From an uncultured delta proteobacterium (GTDB lineage: Bacteria > Desulfobacterota > Desulfobacteria > Desulfobacterales > B30-G6), in contig CAWGLD010000001.1 in NCBI GenBank assembly GCA_963823335.1, positions 1,280,001 to 1,344,000 of the forward strand: a stretch of DNA of 64,000 nt. Reading direction: 5' to 3'. The position numbers and the translations under genes are program-made. Positions 28,925 to 39,938 of the stretch are shown here, piece after piece. Under the pieces are notes generated by a model. The model was not told where the DNA came from, searched no databases, and worked only from the letters and a program-made list of their open reading frames with translations. The number at the start of each line of letters is the position of its first letter. Position 1 is the first letter of the stretch.

Positions 28925-30249
28925 TGGAGTATCTGGCAGCCTGGATGTTTCTGGCACTGACGATCCTGCTGTTGGCTGGATTCCCGGTGACCTTCACCCT
29001 GCTGGGTACGGCGCTGACCTTTGGCATGATCGGTTTTGGTTGGGATTTTTTCAATCTGCTGCCTTTACGTATCTGGGGGCGCATGCAAAACGTGACCCTG
29101 GCGGCGGTACCGCTTTTCGTTTTTATGGGGGTCATGCTGGAGCGCTCCGGACTGGCCGAAGAACTGCTGGACACCATGGGGCTTCTTTTCGGCAGGATCA
29201 GAGGGGGGCTGGCCATTTCGGTCGTGGTTGTGGGTGCCCTTTTAGGGGCATCCACCGGAATTGTGGGCGCCACGGTGGTGACCATGGGCTTGCTGGCCGT
29301 ACCGACCATGCTCAAAAGGGGGTATCAGAAAGAGCTGGCCACAGGGACGGTGGCCGCCTCGGGAACACTGGGCCAGATAATTCCCCCCAGTATCGTGCTG
29401 GTTCTCATCGGGGACATCGTCGGGGTTTCCGTGGGCGATCTGTTTATGGGGGCCGTGCTTCCGGGAATGCTGTTGGTGGGGCTGTTCGCCGCTTATATCC
29501 TGATTGCCGCTTTTTTTCGTCCGGGTATCGCGCCTGCCATTTCCAAGCAAGAACTGGCCCAAATTTCACCCAGGCAGCTGGCTGTGAGAGTGGGTAAGGC
29601 CTTGATTCCGCCCATGTTTCTCATTGTGGCGGTCTTGGGATCCATTTTTGCGGGTATTGCCTCGCCAACCGAAGCCGCTGCTGTCGGTGCGGTGGGGTCC
29701 ACCCTTCTGACGGTACTGAACAAAAAATTTTCCATTGAAATACTCAGGGAAGTCATGCAGGCCACCACCAAACTCACCTGCATGGTATTCATCATTCTCT
29801 GTGGTGCCGCCGCTTTTGGACTGGTCTTTCGCGGTCTTGGGGGCGATCAGATCGTCAGGGATTTCCTGGGCGGTATAGCCCATACATACAGTAGAGGGGC
29901 GGTTCTGGCCATCGTGATGGCATTGATTTTTTTCATCGGTTTTTTTCTCGATTTTATAGAAATAACCTTTATTCATGTGCCGGTGCTGGCACCCATCATG
30001 ATTGAGTTCGGCTATGATCCGATCTGGTTTTGTATCCTGCTGGCAGTGAACCTGCAGACCTCGTTTTTAACACCACCCTTCGGTTTTTCGCTGTTCTATT
30101 TGAAGGCGGTCACCCCGCCGGAAATTAAGACCGGTCACATTTACCGGGGTATCATACCGTTTGTCCTTGTTCAGATAATCGGGCTGGCGATTGTGGTGCT
30201 TTTCCCAAAACTCGCCACCTGGTTGCCCAAGGTTGTCTACGGCCCTTGA
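28924..30249 (+). CDS. TRAP transporter large permease (DctM)
   Basis: AVPLFVFMG, GTLGQIIPPS, PTEAAAVG, LTPPFG. Confidence 0.93.
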   Translation: MEYLAAWMFLALTILLLAGFPVTFTLLGTALTFGMIGFGWDFFNLLPLRIWGRMQNVTLAAVPLFVFMGVMLERSGLAEELLDTMGLLFGRIRGGLAISVVVVGALLGASTGIVGATVVTMGLLAVPTMLKRGYQKELATGTVAASGTLGQIIPPSIVLVLIGDIVGVSVGDLFMGAVLPGMLLVGLFAAYILIAAFFRPGIAPAISKQELAQISPRQLAVRVGKALIPPMFLIVAVLGSIFAGIASPTEAAAVGAVGSTLLTVLNKKFSIEILREVMQATTKLTCMVFIILCGAAAFGLVFRGLGGDQIVRDFLGGIAHTYSRGAVLAIVMALIFFIGFFLDFIEITFIHVPVLAPIMIEFGYDPIWFCILLAVNLQTSFLTPPFGFSLFYLKAVTPPEIKTGHIYRGIIPFVLVQIIGLAIVVLFPKLATWLPKVVYGP

Positions 30250-30418
30250 TGCAAGGCCGGATTTTTGTTGCATGACGTAACACATTGTATTATCGTCGAA
30301 GCAATTGATCTCTCTCTGAAAGCTGTTCTTTTAGGTTTGGCTGATGCAGTTCTCTTATCGGGAGAACTGGAATAATCATATGAGAGCTGGTTTAACCATA
30401 AAGACAAGGAGGCTGTTG

Positions 30419-31519
30419 ATGAAAAGGCGAGAATTTCTAAAGAAAGCTGGAGTAGGTGCTGCTGCCATTGCAGCGACAACAGTGAATGCACCTGCGGTGT
30501 TGGCACAGAAGACCTACCGATGGAAAATGGTTACGACATGGCCTCCCAAGCTGCCTGTTCTCCAGGAAGGCTGTGAGCGCCTGGCCAAGAGAATTGCAGA
30601 GGTGTCTGACGGCAGACTCCAGATTCAGGTCTTTGCTGGTGGTGAACTGGTTCCGCCATTGGAAAGTTTTCAGGCGGTATCCGACGGAACGGTCGAAGTG
30701 GGTAGTGGTGCGTCTTATTACTGGGCCGGCAAGGAACCGGCAACCCAGTGGTTTGCAGCGGTGCCTTTTGGTATGAATGCCCAGGGTATGTCGGCCTGGT
30801 TCCACGGGGGTGACGGACTCAAACTGTGGGAAGAAGTTTACGCACCCTATAACCTGATTCCCAGACCGGGCGGGTCCACCGGTGTTCAGATGGGCGGCTG
30901 GTTTAACAAAAAAATCAATACCATCGACGACTACAAGGGCCTCAAGATGAGAATACCTGGTCTGGGTGGGAAGGTGGTCGCCAAAGCCGGCGGCACGGTG
31001 GTGTTGCTGCCCGGTGGTGAGATATTTACCTCCCTGGAACGCGGCGTCATCGACGCCACGGAGTGGGTTGGGCCGCTGCATGACCTTCGCATGGGATTCT
31101 GGCAGGCCGCCAAATACTACTATTATCCCGGCTGGCATGAGCCCGGAACCTATCTGGAATATTTTTTCAACAAAAAAGCTTATGAATCGCTACCCAAGGA
31201 CCTTCAGCACATCGTGGATTCCGTGTGTATGGAAAATGAGCACTGGGTCCTGGCCCAGTTCGATGCTCTGAACGGCGCCGCGCTGCAGACACTGATAAAC
31301 GAGAAAAAAGTTCAGATGGTCCAGTTCCCGGACAACGTGATGGCGTCTCTAAAAAAATTGGCGGAAGAGGTTCGTGAAGAGGAAGCCGCCAAGACACCGG
31401 CGGCCACGAAGGTGAACGAATCTTTTAAGAAATTCCAAAAGACTGTGGGCACATGGGCTTCGGTATCGGAAATGTCGTATTACAATACCATTCAGCCCAA
31501 TTTTCCGCTTAAAGGGTAG
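30419..31519 (+). CDS. TRAP substrate-binding protein (DctP/TakP-like, Tat signal)
   Basis: MKRREFLK twin-arginine signal, WKMVTTWP, KMRIPGLG, DATEWVGP; AAGGAGG RBS. Confidence 0.93.
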   Translation: MKRREFLKKAGVGAAAIAATTVNAPAVLAQKTYRWKMVTTWPPKLPVLQEGCERLAKRIAEVSDGRLQIQVFAGGELVPPLESFQAVSDGTVEVGSGASYYWAGKEPATQWFAAVPFGMNAQGMSAWFHGGDGLKLWEEVYAPYNLIPRPGGSTGVQMGGWFNKKINTIDDYKGLKMRIPGLGGKVVAKAGGTVVLLPGGEIFTSLERGVIDATEWVGPLHDLRMGFWQAAKYYYYPGWHEPGTYLEYFFNKKAYESLPKDLQHIVDSVCMENEHWVLAQFDALNGAALQTLINEKKVQMVQFPDNVMASLKKLAEEVREEEAAKTPAATKVNESFKKFQKTVGTWASVSEMSYYNTIQPNFPLKG

Positions 31520-31571
31520 CCCCCTTTAAATTTAACAGCAGTTATGTTTGCCTGAGATAAACAAAGAGAAC

Positions 31572-31612
31572 AAAAAACCGGCCGGCCTGATGAAGGCGGG
31601 CCGGTTTTTTTT
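31572..31612. terminator. Bidirectional intrinsic terminator
   Basis: aaaaaaccggcc...ggccggtttttttt between convergent genes. Confidence 0.85.
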
Positions 31613-31646
31613 GTGTGTTTGTCAAAACAGCGGCGATGTTAAGCGG

Positions 31647-32123
31647 TCATTCTTTTGGGTGGCATTCGGTACAGCCTGTGGGACCGCTGCTCTGGATCGA
31701 TGCCTTGGCAGAACGGTATGAATTTTCAATCGCTTTGTTCTGTTGTTTGATTGTTTTATGGCACCCGATACAGGCGCTGTGATAGGCGGTCTTGTAATAT
31801 CGGACGGATAGCTCTGGATCGGAGTTGCTTCCCTCTGCTTTTTTGGGGATCGCAGTGACATCATGGCAGCCTGCGGTCCTGCAGGAAAGTACGGGTGCTT
31901 GTCTTTCCCATGTGTGATGGCACGTATTACAGGTGTAGCTGAAATGGGTTGCATGGGGAAACGTGACAGCAGTCCTCTTCGACACAATCTCATCGGGTGG
32001 CGCGATGACAATGTCGCCCATGGGAATACACATGTTTTCCTCGGACTCCCCGGCAATGACCAGACCGAAACTGAATATCGCAAGTATTGCAACGCCTATT
32101 ACCAACAGATAACATTTATGCAT
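31647..32123 (-). CDS. Tetraheme class III cytochrome c (cytochrome c3 family)
   Basis: Signal peptide, FPHATH, heme motifs CNTCHH, CRTAGCH, CIGCH, CTECH. Confidence 0.92.
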   Translation of the reverse strand: MHKCYLLVIGVAILAIFSFGLVIAGESEENMCIPMGDIVIAPPDEIVSKRTAVTFPHATHFSYTCNTCHHTWERQAPVLSCRTAGCHDVTAIPKKAEGSNSDPELSVRYYKTAYHSACIGCHKTIKQQNKAIENSYRSAKASIQSSGPTGCTECHPKE

Positions 32124-32288
32124 CCATATCCCCCTTGAGCTTCCGGAAAAATCTTGTCTGCTATAATACGTCTTTACAGAACTTTCAATAAAAAACTCAC
32201 TTTGTTCGACATATTGTCGCTTTCAACAAAGTAATAAAGCCGCCTTTCTATTGACATCGGCATCAGATTGACATAAAAATCCAGATCT

Positions 32289-32885
32289 TTGATAGAGAAA
32301 CCTTGGATGGGTGAAATGGCGTTAAAAGCCAACAATAAGATTCGTCCTGCAAGAATCTGCTTGTTCAGTATCCTGTGCCTGTTCTTGTGGACAGGCTGTG
32401 AGGATTCCGCCGGCCAAAAAAATGTAGCACATGAAAATCAGATGCCTTTTGAAAAATCGCCGGACAGAATCACTGCGCATCTCTATTTTTCAGACAGTGA
32501 GAATGCTTTCTTGATTTCAGAGGAAAGAGCTCTTTCAGCCCGGGACCGCCCTGAAGCATTGGGCTTTCAGATTGTGACTGCCTTGCTGGAAGGACCCAAG
32601 CAGACCCTGGAACGAACGATTCCAGAGGGGACGCTCCTGAGAGGATTCTACATTCTGGAGAACCGTACCGCTTATGTGGACCTGTCCCGTGAGATTCAGG
32701 AGGGCCATTCAGGGGGTGCCAAATCAGAACTGATGACAATCTATTCCCTAGTGAATTCGTTGATATTAAATGTTCCGGAAATTGAAACCGTAAAAATACT
32801 GGTGGAAGGAAAAGAGGCGGCAACACTCGCAGGACATGTGGATCTACGCTTTCCCTTTCGAGCCAACATGCTGTTTGTAAGATGA
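32289..32885 (+). CDS. GerMN-domain lipoprotein (true start may be ATG 32316)
   Basis: Lipobox LWTGC, LYF, LLEGP, AYVDLS, YSLVNSL, VKILVEG. Confidence 0.85.
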   Translation: MIEKPWMGEMALKANNKIRPARICLFSILCLFLWTGCEDSAGQKNVAHENQMPFEKSPDRITAHLYFSDSENAFLISEERALSARDRPEALGFQIVTALLEGPKQTLERTIPEGTLLRGFYILENRTAYVDLSREIQEGHSGGAKSELMTIYSLVNSLILNVPEIETVKILVEGKEAATLAGHVDLRFPFRANMLFVR

Positions 32886-34927
32886 AGAAAATAAACAAAA
32901 TAGACAAGATACGAAATATTGGTATTGTTGCCCATATCGATGCCGGCAAGACTACGGTCACCGAAAGGGTTTTGTACTACACCGGCAGCTCGCATAAAAT
33001 GGGTGAGGTTCACGATGGTGAAGCCACCATGGACTGGATGCCTGACGAGCAGGAAAGAGGCATTACTATTACCTCAGCCGTGACAACCTGCCAGTGGAAA
33101 GGTTTTGAGATCGGTATCATCGACACGCCCGGGCATGTCGATTTCACCATTGAAGTTGAACGTTCCTTGCGGGTGCTGGACGGTGCGGTGGGTGTCTTCT
33201 GTGCCGTGGGTGGCGTCGAGCCACAATCCGAAACTGTATGGCGCCAGGCGGACAAGTATTTCGTTCCCAAGATAGCCTTTGTCAATAAGCTCGACAGGAT
33301 CGGCGCCGATTACTTTGGTACCATTGGGATGATGAGAGAAAGACTCCGGGCAAACCCACTGATTTTACAGATTCCCATGGGTAGTGAAGACAGGTTCAGA
33401 GGTGTCATCGACCTGATCCGGATGGAACAGATCGTGTGGGATGACGAAACCCTGGGAGAGGCTTTCATTTCTGAACCCATTTCCTCCGAGTGGATGGAAG
33501 CCGCCCAAAAACATCGCGAAAAGATGATGGAGACACTCGCGGAAGTCGACGATGATATCATGGAGGCCTATCTTTCAGAAGAGGTCATCGATGAATCCAT
33601 GTTAAAGGGTGCCATTCGAAGTGCGACAATCGATTTGAAGATTGTGCCGGTATTATGCGGTGCGGCGCTCAAGAACAAAGGCATTCAGCCGCTTATTGAT
33701 GCGATCGTCGATTTCCTGCCCAGCCCGGCGGACATTCCACCCATGAAGGGTACGGATCCGGAAACCGGTGAGTACAGGGAATGTCTTGCCCTGGACTCCA
33801 GGCCACTGGCGGCAATCATCTTCAAAGTTTCCATGATGGAGGGTCGTAAGCTTTCGTTTGTCCGGATCTACAGTGGAAAGTTAACTGCCGGGGGGGAAGT
33901 CTACAACCCCAGCCGAAAGATAACTGAAAAGCTGAGCAGGATTCTGCGGATGCATGCCAATAAGCGGGAGCGGATCGATAGTGCCGGAGCCGGCAGCATC
34001 GTTGGTGTCGTCGGTTTGAAAGATTCTTCAACGGGGGAAACCCTTTGTACGAAGGAAAATCCTGTTCTTCTGGAGAATATCGAGTTTTATGAGCCGGTTA
34101 TTTCGGTGGCGGTGGAGCCCAAGACCCATGCGGATCAGGAAAAGCTGGATGAGGTCCTAAAAAAATTCATCGCAGAGGATCCAACCCTAAATGTCAAAGA
34201 GGATCAGGATACCGGTCAGACAATTCTATCGGGCATGGGTGAGCTGCACCTGGAAGTCATTGTCAGCCGGATGCTGCGGGAATTCAAAACCAGCGTGAAT
34301 GTCGGAAAACCCCAGGTTGTCTACAGGGAAACCATCGAAAAAACAGCAGAAGGTCTGGCTGTTTTTGACAAGGAAGTAGCAGGGCAGAGACACTTCGGTG
34401 AGGTCAAGCTGAAGATCAACCCCCTGCCCCGCGGGACCGGAAACAGTTTTGTAGCCAAACTCCGGAATGAGGAAATTCCGGACATCTTCATCCCGGCCAT
34501 TGAGGCAGGCGTCATGGAGTCTCTGGAAAGCGGTGTCCTCATGGGCTATCCTGTTGTCGACGCACAAGTGATTCTCATCGGCGGTTCATTTAAAGAGTCT
34601 GTTGGATCGGAGCTGGCATTCAGGGTGAGCGCATCCATGGCCTGTAAATCGGCGCTGTCCGATGGTGGCTCATTTCTTCTCGATCCGATCATGGGGGTGG
34701 AACTGTTTGTTCCGGAAGCTTTTATGGGGGATGTCATTGGTGATTTGAACGCGCGCGGGGGAAAGATCGAATCGATTGCTTCCAAAACTGGTTTCCAGGT
34801 GATTAGAGCCGTTGTTCCACTGGCCCAGATGTTCGGCTATTCGACATCATTAAGATCTGCTACGCAGGGCAGGGGAACCTTTTCCATGCTGTTTTCTCAT
34901 TTTGATCGTAGTGAATCCAGGCAATAG
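32882..34927 (+). CDS. fusA: Elongation factor G (paralog outside the str operon)
   Basis: [44 protein letters not shown]. Confidence 0.95.
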   Translation: MKKINKIDKIRNIGIVAHIDAGKTTVTERVLYYTGSSHKMGEVHDGEATMDWMPDEQERGITITSAVTTCQWKGFEIGIIDTPGHVDFTIEVERSLRVLDGAVGVFCAVGGVEPQSETVWRQADKYFVPKIAFVNKLDRIGADYFGTIGMMRERLRANPLILQIPMGSEDRFRGVIDLIRMEQIVWDDETLGEAFISEPISSEWMEAAQKHREKMMETLAEVDDDIMEAYLSEEVIDESMLKGAIRSATIDLKIVPVLCGAALKNKGIQPLIDAIVDFLPSPADIPPMKGTDPETGEYRECLALDSRPLAAIIFKVSMMEGRKLSFVRIYSGKLTAGGEVYNPSRKITEKLSRILRMHANKRERIDSAGAGSIVGVVGLKDSSTGETLCTKENPVLLENIEFYEPVISVAVEPKTHADQEKLDEVLKKFIAEDPTLNVKEDQDTGQTILSGMGELHLEVIVSRMLREFKTSVNVGKPQVVYRETIEKTAEGLAVFDKEVAGQRHFGEVKLKINPLPRGTGNSFVAKLRNEEIPDIFIPAIEAGVMESLESGVLMGYPVVDAQVILIGGSFKESVGSELAFRVSASMACKSALSDGGSFLLDPIMGVELFVPEAFMGDVIGDLNARGGKIESIASKTGFQVIRAVVPLAQMFGYSTSLRSATQGRGTFSMLFSHFDRSESRQ

Positions 34928-34970
34928 TCCGGGCTCCATCAGATCCAGGCCGTTTTTATCCGCATATCCA

Positions 34971-36398
34971 TTACCTTTCTTTTTCCAATGATTCACGCTG
35001 GGCTGTTTTTTTGCTTTGTTTGAGCATGGTTTCGATCTCTTCTTTTTGTTTCGGATCGGTAATGAGGGGCTGCGCTTTTTCCAGATGGATGATTGCCGTC
35101 TTCCAGGACCCTTTCAACTGGTAGTATTTACCGAGATTATAATGGGCTTGCCCCATATTCCCCTGCATACCGTATATGTTGCCAAGGAAAAGGTATGCCT
35201 CTGTTTCGGTGGTATTTTTTTTCAGAATTGTGTTGAAACCTTCGGCAGCCTTGTCCAGACTGCCGAGTTCCATGCGGGTTCGGGAAAGGTAGAAAAGGCT
35301 TTCGCTGTCTTCGGGTGCCAGCCCCACCGATCCTTCAAGTGTCTGAAGCGCTTTCGGGTATTGACCTTCTAAAAAATAGATGCGTCCCAGTTCCTTCAGC
35401 ATGACCGGATTGAAGGCGTCTTTTTCCAACGCTTTCTTCAAATAAACGACGGCATTTGGATAATCACCGATCTTTGCCAATGCCAATCCCCTGCCATAGA
35501 GTGCGATGGTATCCCCGGGTTGGGTTTTCAACTGAGAATCAAACGCTGCCAGTGCGGTTTCCCCATTACCGTATTTGCCTGACAGTGTTGCCTGTACAAA
35601 ACGAAATGTATCTTTATCGACAGGTCTTTTTTTTGTCTCCGTTAGCTTGGTACCTTCTATATGGCTGTCGATATATCCCATACGTTCTTCAGAGGCCGGG
35701 TGGGTCATGAGATACGATGGAATCTGATCTGTGCCAAACCACTGTTTACTGCGCATCTTTTGCAGCGACGTAAGGAGACCCATACTACCATAACCGGCGC
35801 GGTCGAGATAATCAAAGGCCAGTTGATCCGCCTGCACTTCATTTTCACGGCTGTAGGCGAGGGAGGCTGACTGCCCGGCTGCCATGGATCCGACGATAAC
35901 AGCGTTTCCAATATCGGGAGAACCGCTACCACCGAGAAGTATTCCCGCAGCGACACCCGCCAGTGTTGCCAGATTGATTTTGGGAGAGCGGTCTACATTC
36001 TGGGAGATGTGCCGGCTGACCACATGGGCGATTTCATGGGCCAGGATTCCTGCGAGTTCCTCTTCGCTCTCAAGCCCTTCCAGGAGGCCGCTGTTGATAA
36101 AAATATGGCCTGCCGGAGTTGCAAAGGCATTGTAAACATGTTGTTTTACGATGTAAAAACGATATGTAAATGGCTGGGGCGGAATGTTTGAAAGGAGGAT
36201 CCCACCGATCTTGTTAACGTACCCGACCAGATAGGGATCCTGAATGAGCTCTAACTGTTTTTTGACAATACGCAGAAACTCTTCGGAGAGTTCCTCTTCC
36301 TCCTGTATGGTAATTGAATAGACCACCGGTGACACGGCCAGAGAAACGAGAATGAGGACCATGGTCAATCCCGTTATTAGTTGGCAACTTTTTTTCAT
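34971..36398 (-). CDS. M48-family metalloprotease with TPR repeats (BepA/YfgC-like)
   Basis: NAFATPAG, HEIAH zinc motif, YSRENEVQAD, THP, C-terminal TPRs. Confidence 0.9.
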   Translation of the reverse strand: MKKSCQLITGLTMVLILVSLAVSPVVYSITIQEEEELSEEFLRIVKKQLELIQDPYLVGYVNKIGGILLSNIPPQPFTYRFYIVKQHVYNAFATPAGHIFINSGLLEGLESEEELAGILAHEIAHVVSRHISQNVDRSPKINLATLAGVAAGILLGGSGSPDIGNAVIVGSMAAGQSASLAYSRENEVQADQLAFDYLDRAGYGSMGLLTSLQKMRSKQWFGTDQIPSYLMTHPASEERMGYIDSHIEGTKLTETKKRPVDKDTFRFVQATLSGKYGNGETALAAFDSQLKTQPGDTIALYGRGLALAKIGDYPNAVVYLKKALEKDAFNPVMLKELGRIYFLEGQYPKALQTLEGSVGLAPEDSESLFYLSRTRMELGSLDKAAEGFNTILKKNTTETEAYLFLGNIYGMQGNMGQAHYNLGKYYQLKGSWKTAIIHLEKAQPLITDPKQKEEIETMLKQSKKTAQRESLEKER

Positions 36399-36579
36399 AG
36401 GTGAAATTCTATCAAATATTGAAACAGCTAGCAAGCGTTCACTTTATCCGGACGATTTTCGCACCTCGCAGCATGCGAAGCACTGCCGAAAGGCATAACA
36501 TAGGAGGAATGCGCTCGCTTTTTCGGTTCAAACGCCTCTTCTCTTTTCAAAGTCGTATTTTTGTGGTAGACGCACTCTC

Positions 36580-37398
36580 ATGACTCAAACCTTATGCATT
36601 GTAAACCAGAAAGGTGGGGTTGGCAAGACGACCACGGCTGTTAACTTGGCAGCATCGCTGGCTGTGGCCAAGAAAAAGACGCTCCTGGTGGACTGCGATC
36701 CCCAGGCAAACGCCACCACCGGACTGGGTATCGATAAAAGCAGCCTGGAACAAACATTATACCATGGTCTGATCGGGCAGGCTCCAGCTAACAGCATTGT
36801 GATCGACAGCGAAATAGCGCTGCTCAAAATAATCCCCTCTCGTGTCGAATTGATCGGATTTGATATCGAGATGCTGAACGCAAAAGAGCGGGAAATGGCT
36901 TTGAAGAAGTTGCTGTCTCAGCTGGATGACAGTTTCGATTACATCATCATTGACTGTCCACCCTCCCTGAGTCTGTTGACGGTGAACGCCATGGCAGCTG
37001 CGGACGCGTTGCTGATCCCTCTGCAATGTGAGTTTTATGCCCTGGAAGGATTGAGCCAGCTCCTGCAGACCATCAAGCACATTAAGCACAGTTTGAATCC
37101 TAGGCTGAACATCGCAGGTATCTTACTGACCATGTTTGACCAGAGGACCAATTTGTCCCATCAGGTGGCAGAGAATGCCAAGAAATATTTCAAGCATCTA
37201 GTGTTCAAGACGATTGTACCCAGAAATGTACGGCTCGGTGAAGCCCCCAGTTTTGGCAAACCGATTCTTCTTTACGATGGGACCTCCAGTGGAGCCAAAA
37301 GCTATTATCAACTGGCCGAGGAAGTTATGGAAATTCAGCCTGTCACGAAACAAACGAATACATCTAACACTGAGGAGCGATACCGTCGCGATCAATAA
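36580..37398 (+). CDS. parA: Chromosome partitioning ATPase ParA/Soj
   Basis: NQKGGVGKTTT, DCDPQANAT, IDCPPSL, PRNVRLGEAPSFG. Confidence 0.95.
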   Translation: MTQTLCIVNQKGGVGKTTTAVNLAASLAVAKKKTLLVDCDPQANATTGLGIDKSSLEQTLYHGLIGQAPANSIVIDSEIALLKIIPSRVELIGFDIEMLNAKEREMALKKLLSQLDDSFDYIIIDCPPSLSLLTVNAMAAADALLIPLQCEFYALEGLSQLLQTIKHIKHSLNPRLNIAGILLTMFDQRTNLSHQVAENAKKYFKHLVFKTIVPRNVRLGEAPSFGKPILLYDGTSSGAKSYYQLAEEVMEIQPVTKQTNTSNTEERYRRDQ

Positions 37399-37433
37399 AA
37401 TTGTTCCTACAATTTTGTTAAAGAACAGGAAAT

Positions 37434-38312
37434 ATGCCTAAAGAACAGCCAAAAAAGAGAAAAAAGTTAGCTCTCGGTAAAGGATTGGGTGCGCTTATCC
37501 CGGATATCAGTGCGGCAGGTGATATGGAAAGGGATTACTTTTACTGTCAGGTCAGCCGCATTCGTCCCAATCGATATCAACCGAGAAAAAAGTTTAATGA
37601 GCAAGAACTGGCTGCACTCAGTGCTTCCATCAAAGAACAGGGAATTATCCAGCCACTGCTTATACGGAAACTCGAAGATGGCTACGAACTCGTCGCCGGA
37701 GAAAGACGGCTCCGGGCCGCAAAACTGGCAGGATATAGAGACGTTCCCTGCGTGATAAAAGATCTTACTGAAAAACAAGTGCTTGAAATGTCTCTTGTGG
37801 AGAATATCCAACGGGAAAATCTTAACCCCATGGAAGAGGCCGACGCCTACCATCGTCTGATCACAGAGTTCGAATTGACCCAGGAGGAGGCGGCCATACA
37901 TGTCGGGAAAAGCAGATCGGCGGTGGCCAATTTCCTGCGATTGAGACAATTGCCAGAGTCGATTAAGGAGAGCATTATCGATGGCGTTTTAAGCATGGGA
38001 CATGCACGGGCATTGCTCGGTATACCCAACAAAGCACAACAGTCGGCTGTATGGCGCGAGGTGGTCTCAAAAGGTCTGTCCGTGCGGGAGACAGAATCTC
38101 TTGTCAACCGTCTCAAAAAAGAAACCGGCCCTGGAAAAAAACGCCAAGAGGGGTCTGACGAGATTTATTTTGCAAATATTTCCGAAGAACTTTCCCGAAG
38201 CTTTGGTACCAAAGTACAGATTCGACGACGGGGTCAAAAGGGAAAAGTTGAAATAGAATTTTACAGCAACGAGGATCTTGACAGGTTGTTGCATCTGTTG
38301 AACCGGCAATAA
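37434..38312 (+). CDS. parB: Chromosome partitioning protein ParB/Spo0J
   Basis: [38 protein letters not shown]. Confidence 0.95.
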   Translation: MPKEQPKKRKKLALGKGLGALIPDISAAGDMERDYFYCQVSRIRPNRYQPRKKFNEQELAALSASIKEQGIIQPLLIRKLEDGYELVAGERRLRAAKLAGYRDVPCVIKDLTEKQVLEMSLVENIQRENLNPMEEADAYHRLITEFELTQEEAAIHVGKSRSAVANFLRLRQLPESIKESIIDGVLSMGHARALLGIPNKAQQSAVWREVVSKGLSVRETESLVNRLKKETGPGKKRQEGSDEIYFANISEELSRSFGTKVQIRRRGQKGKVEIEFYSNEDLDRLLHLLNRQ

Positions 38313-38378
38313 TGGGCGCAGTTCACCTAGCTTTCTGCGGGGTACGCTTCAATCAGATAGGGACTAATCTGCACAGGC

Positions 38379-38903
38379 ATGTCACTTCATATCATCGTAG
38401 ATGGCTACAATGTCATTCGTCAGTCAAAACAGTTGCGTATTCTGGATCTGCGGGATATGCAGGAGGGAAGAGAAGCCCTTCAAGATATCCTGGTGGAATA
38501 CCGAAAAAATAAAGGTCACCGCATCACCATTGTTTTTGACGGAACCAACACCATCTCTCAAGACGCACGGCGCCAGCGTTTTCGTGGAATCGAAATTCTA
38601 TTTTCGCGCAATGGTGAGACGGCTGACACGGTTATCAAAAGCATGGCCGCCAGGGAAAAGGAAAGGGCTCTGGTTGTCAGCTCCGACAGAGATATCGTTT
38701 TGTTTGTGAGGTCTGTGGGTTCGGCAAGCATTGGATCCAGGGAATTTGAAGATAAAATGTTCCAGGCGATTTATTGTGATGAAAGCAGTTGGTTGGAAGA
38801 TTCCCCTGAGACAGGATGGGTGCCGACGACACGCAAGAAGGGTCCCAGTCGGCGGCTGCCGAAGAAAAGGCGTCGAAATCAGAGCAAGACGATTAAACTA
38901 TAA
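38379..38903 (+). CDS. NYN/YacP-like RNase domain protein
   Basis: IIVDGYNVI, VFDG, TAD, VVSSD. Confidence 0.85.
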   Translation: MSLHIIVDGYNVIRQSKQLRILDLRDMQEGREALQDILVEYRKNKGHRITIVFDGTNTISQDARRQRFRGIEILFSRNGETADTVIKSMAAREKERALVVSSDRDIVLFVRSVGSASIGSREFEDKMFQAIYCDESSWLEDSPETGWVPTTRKKGPSRRLPKKRRRNQSKTIKL

Positions 38904-38935
38904 ACGATAACTCAACTGGATTCAGCGAACACGAA

Positions 38936-39055
38936 ATGAACCGAAAAAGCGAGCGCATTCCCCGTAGCTTGCTGCGGGGTTAGCGAGCGAGTCTATATTA
39001 GACAGAATTCCTTACGGTCGAAGATTCCTCGTAGCTTGCTGCGAGGTTCTTCAAT
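38936..39055. repeat. REP-like dispersed repeat, copy 2 (longest, two hairpins)
   Basis: ccccgtagcttgctgcgggg and cctcgtagcttgctgcgagg; tgaa...ttcaa ends. Confidence 0.78.
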
Positions 39056-39240
39056 AATCCGCTGGCGCTGTGCGAACTCGCCGCAAGGGTTCCTAACATC
39101 AGCGCTGGCCAAAAGGTTAAATAGGCATAACAGTCAAATGACGAGTTTCCATATTGGAGTTTCATTGTCATGCGCTGATGTAAGGAGCCCTAATTGGCTC
39201 AGACAGCGCAAATCGCCATCGGATCACCCATTTCGTTCCA
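39056..39240. repeat. Long nested inverted-repeat element
   Basis: atccgctggcg/cgccatcggat, gcgctgt/acagcgc, gggttcctaacatcagcgc/gcgctgatgtaaggagccc. Confidence 0.65.
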
Positions 39241-39265
39241 TCTATGGTGAAGTAGAGGTCACAGT

Positions 39266-39691
39266 ATGAAGACCATTGTCGTCATCGATGGGCAGGGCGG
39301 GGGTATCGGCAGCAGCATCATCAAGAAACTCAGGGAGAGCTACGCGGAGCGTATGGAGATAATTGCACTTGGGACCAATGCCATTGCCACAGCCAATATG
39401 TTGAAGGCAGGGGCGAATCGGGGAGCCTCCGGTCAGAATGCCATTGTTCGAACCTCGCGCCATGCAGATATAATTATCGGACCGATCAGTATTGTGATGG
39501 CCAATGCCATGTTGGGTGAATTGACGCCTGGGATGGCCGAAGCAGTCGCTTCGAGCAAGGCCAGAAAAATTTTGATACCGCTATCCCAGGAGAATGTGGT
39601 TGTGGTTGGCGCCGCTCCCGACCGACTTCCCAAGCTGATCGAAACCATGCTGGAGGAAGATCTGTTGAATTTGACAACCGGCAAGGAATAA
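39266..39691 (+). CDS. DUF3842-family protein
   Basis: VIDGQGGGIG, ALGTNAIATANMLKAGANRGASG. Confidence 0.85.
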   Translation: MKTIVVIDGQGGGIGSSIIKKLRESYAERMEIIALGTNAIATANMLKAGANRGASGQNAIVRTSRHADIIIGPISIVMANAMLGELTPGMAEAVASSKARKILIPLSQENVVVVGAAPDRLPKLIETMLEEDLLNLTTGKE

Positions 39692-39729
39692 GAAACAAAT
39701 ACCACCGTCTTAGAAAAAGGAATTCTATC

Positions 39730-39915
39730 ATGTGTGAAGCAAATGTCTATCTTATCGAAGACAAAGAAACCAAGTTGATCATGGAAGCCGTGGATACGGT
39801 GGAACCGGAAGGTGATGGGATAAAGCTTGTCAGCATTTTCGGGGACCAGAAAATAATCAAGGCCCGGATCCATTCACTGTCGCTTGTGGACAACAAGATC
39901 TATCTTCAAGGATAA
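39730..39915 (+). CDS. CooT-family nickel-binding protein
   Basis: MCEANVY N-terminus, SIFGDQK, 61 aa. Confidence 0.8.
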   Translation: MCEANVYLIEDKETKLIMEAVDTVEPEGDGIKLVSIFGDQKIIKARIHSLSLVDNKIYLQG

Positions 39916-39938
39916 AACAACACCATTCAACGAATTTC

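Noticed and set aside
39036-39269. 77-aa ORF or riboswitch upstream of the DUF3842 gene
   Set aside because: The sequence is accounted for by nested inverted repeats; no riboswitch consensus recognised
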